A stretch of 64,000 nucleotides of DNA. Origin: Yuukianura sp. NJ FZ-2021 (lineage: Eukaryota). The notes beneath the pieces are model-generated. The model ran no database searches and was not told the DNA's origin. It was given only the letters and a program-made list of their open reading frames with translations. The stretch lies in NCBI GenBank assembly GCA_046563655.1, contig CM102283.1, positions 2,294,001-2,358,000 of the forward strand, read 5' to 3'. Position 1 is the first letter of the stretch. Every line of letters starts with the position of its first letter. Shown here in pieces: positions 63,487 to 64,000 of this stretch. The translations under genes and the position numbers were made by a program.

Positions 63487-63725
63487 GGGTTGGGGTAAGG
63501 TGTAGTGGCCGTCACTGTATCCGCAGAGTGTAAGCATCCGTGATTTTTAGTGGCTACAACGGCTGGTGGCTACTCGGTGGCTACTCTACGTCAACTTACG
63601 TAGCCGCTTTATGTTTGGCAAAAGGGGTAAAATTTCAGTTGCCACAGCCCTTATTGTAGTGACTAAAACAGCGGGATGCCTACACTGTGCGGTTCCAATG
63701 ACGGTCGTTGATCCTTACGGTGACC
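63487..63725. mobile_element. 239-bp palindromic MITE nested in the DD41D element
   Basis: Inverted arms GTAAGG...CCGTCACTG...GTGTAAGCATCC / GGATGCCTACAC...TGACGG...CCTTAC. Flanked by the direct repeat AGTATTT. Confidence 0.7.
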
Positions 63726-64000
63726 AGTATTTCCGAACCGAGAGGGGGTTTTGTTCCGAGAAATGGAGGAGTGGCTGAGATTAAGCTCATTTGCATGGCC
63801 AGAACATAAAACTATCACTGTATCCCGCTCTTAGTAGCAACTAAATCTCAGAAGCTGAACCGTGTGACCCAAAAACAAACTACACCCGGTTTTTTCTTTA
63901 CCTGAACCGGAAGTTACTTACTAAATATTTCGTCGTTGGGATCAGCGATGACAACGTACAAGGCTATGACAATCGCTGGCAGCGATAGTGGAGGGTAAGA

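Larger units (their letters stand above)
60011..63820 (+). mobile_element. Full-length Tc1/mariner-superfamily DD41D (rosa/Visitor-type) transposon, 3810 bp
   Basis: TA TSD at 60009-60010 and 63821-63822. TIRs CAGTGATAGTTTTATGTTCTGGCCATGCAAATGAGC... match at 65 of 67 nt. An internal transposase gene is present. Confidence 0.92.

Overview
AT-rich, intron-containing animal genomic DNA. The gene content (GR-like chemoreceptors, a DH31/calcitonin-type class B GPCR, an F-box/LRR gene and apparently foreign enzymes) suggests a soil arthropod, possibly a springtail; this is an inference. About 18 spliced genes or gene fragments were reconstructed by hand from GT-AG boundaries and phase continuity: ODF3-like, two TM-anchored beta/gamma-crystallin + nuclease-fold genes, a secreted BBE-like FAD oxidase plus two 3' fragments, four chemoreceptor-like genes in two tandem duplications, ARL6IP6-like, a 10-exon class B GPCR with a same-strand F-box gene nested in intron 2, ECI2, SNF8 and an MFS transporter. 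The most striking part is 49.4-59.6 kb. It holds two signal-peptide-bearing, double-domain TenA (thiaminase II-like) genes and, within about 3.5 kb of the second, an intron-rich fungal-type THI6 (ThiE-ThiM) fusion. This is a candidate clustered thiamine breakdown/salvage system in an animal. The window also holds a complete 3.8-kb intron-containing DD41D Tc1/mariner element and several MITE, foldback and Helentron-like families. All family assignments are from motif recognition; no database searches were run.
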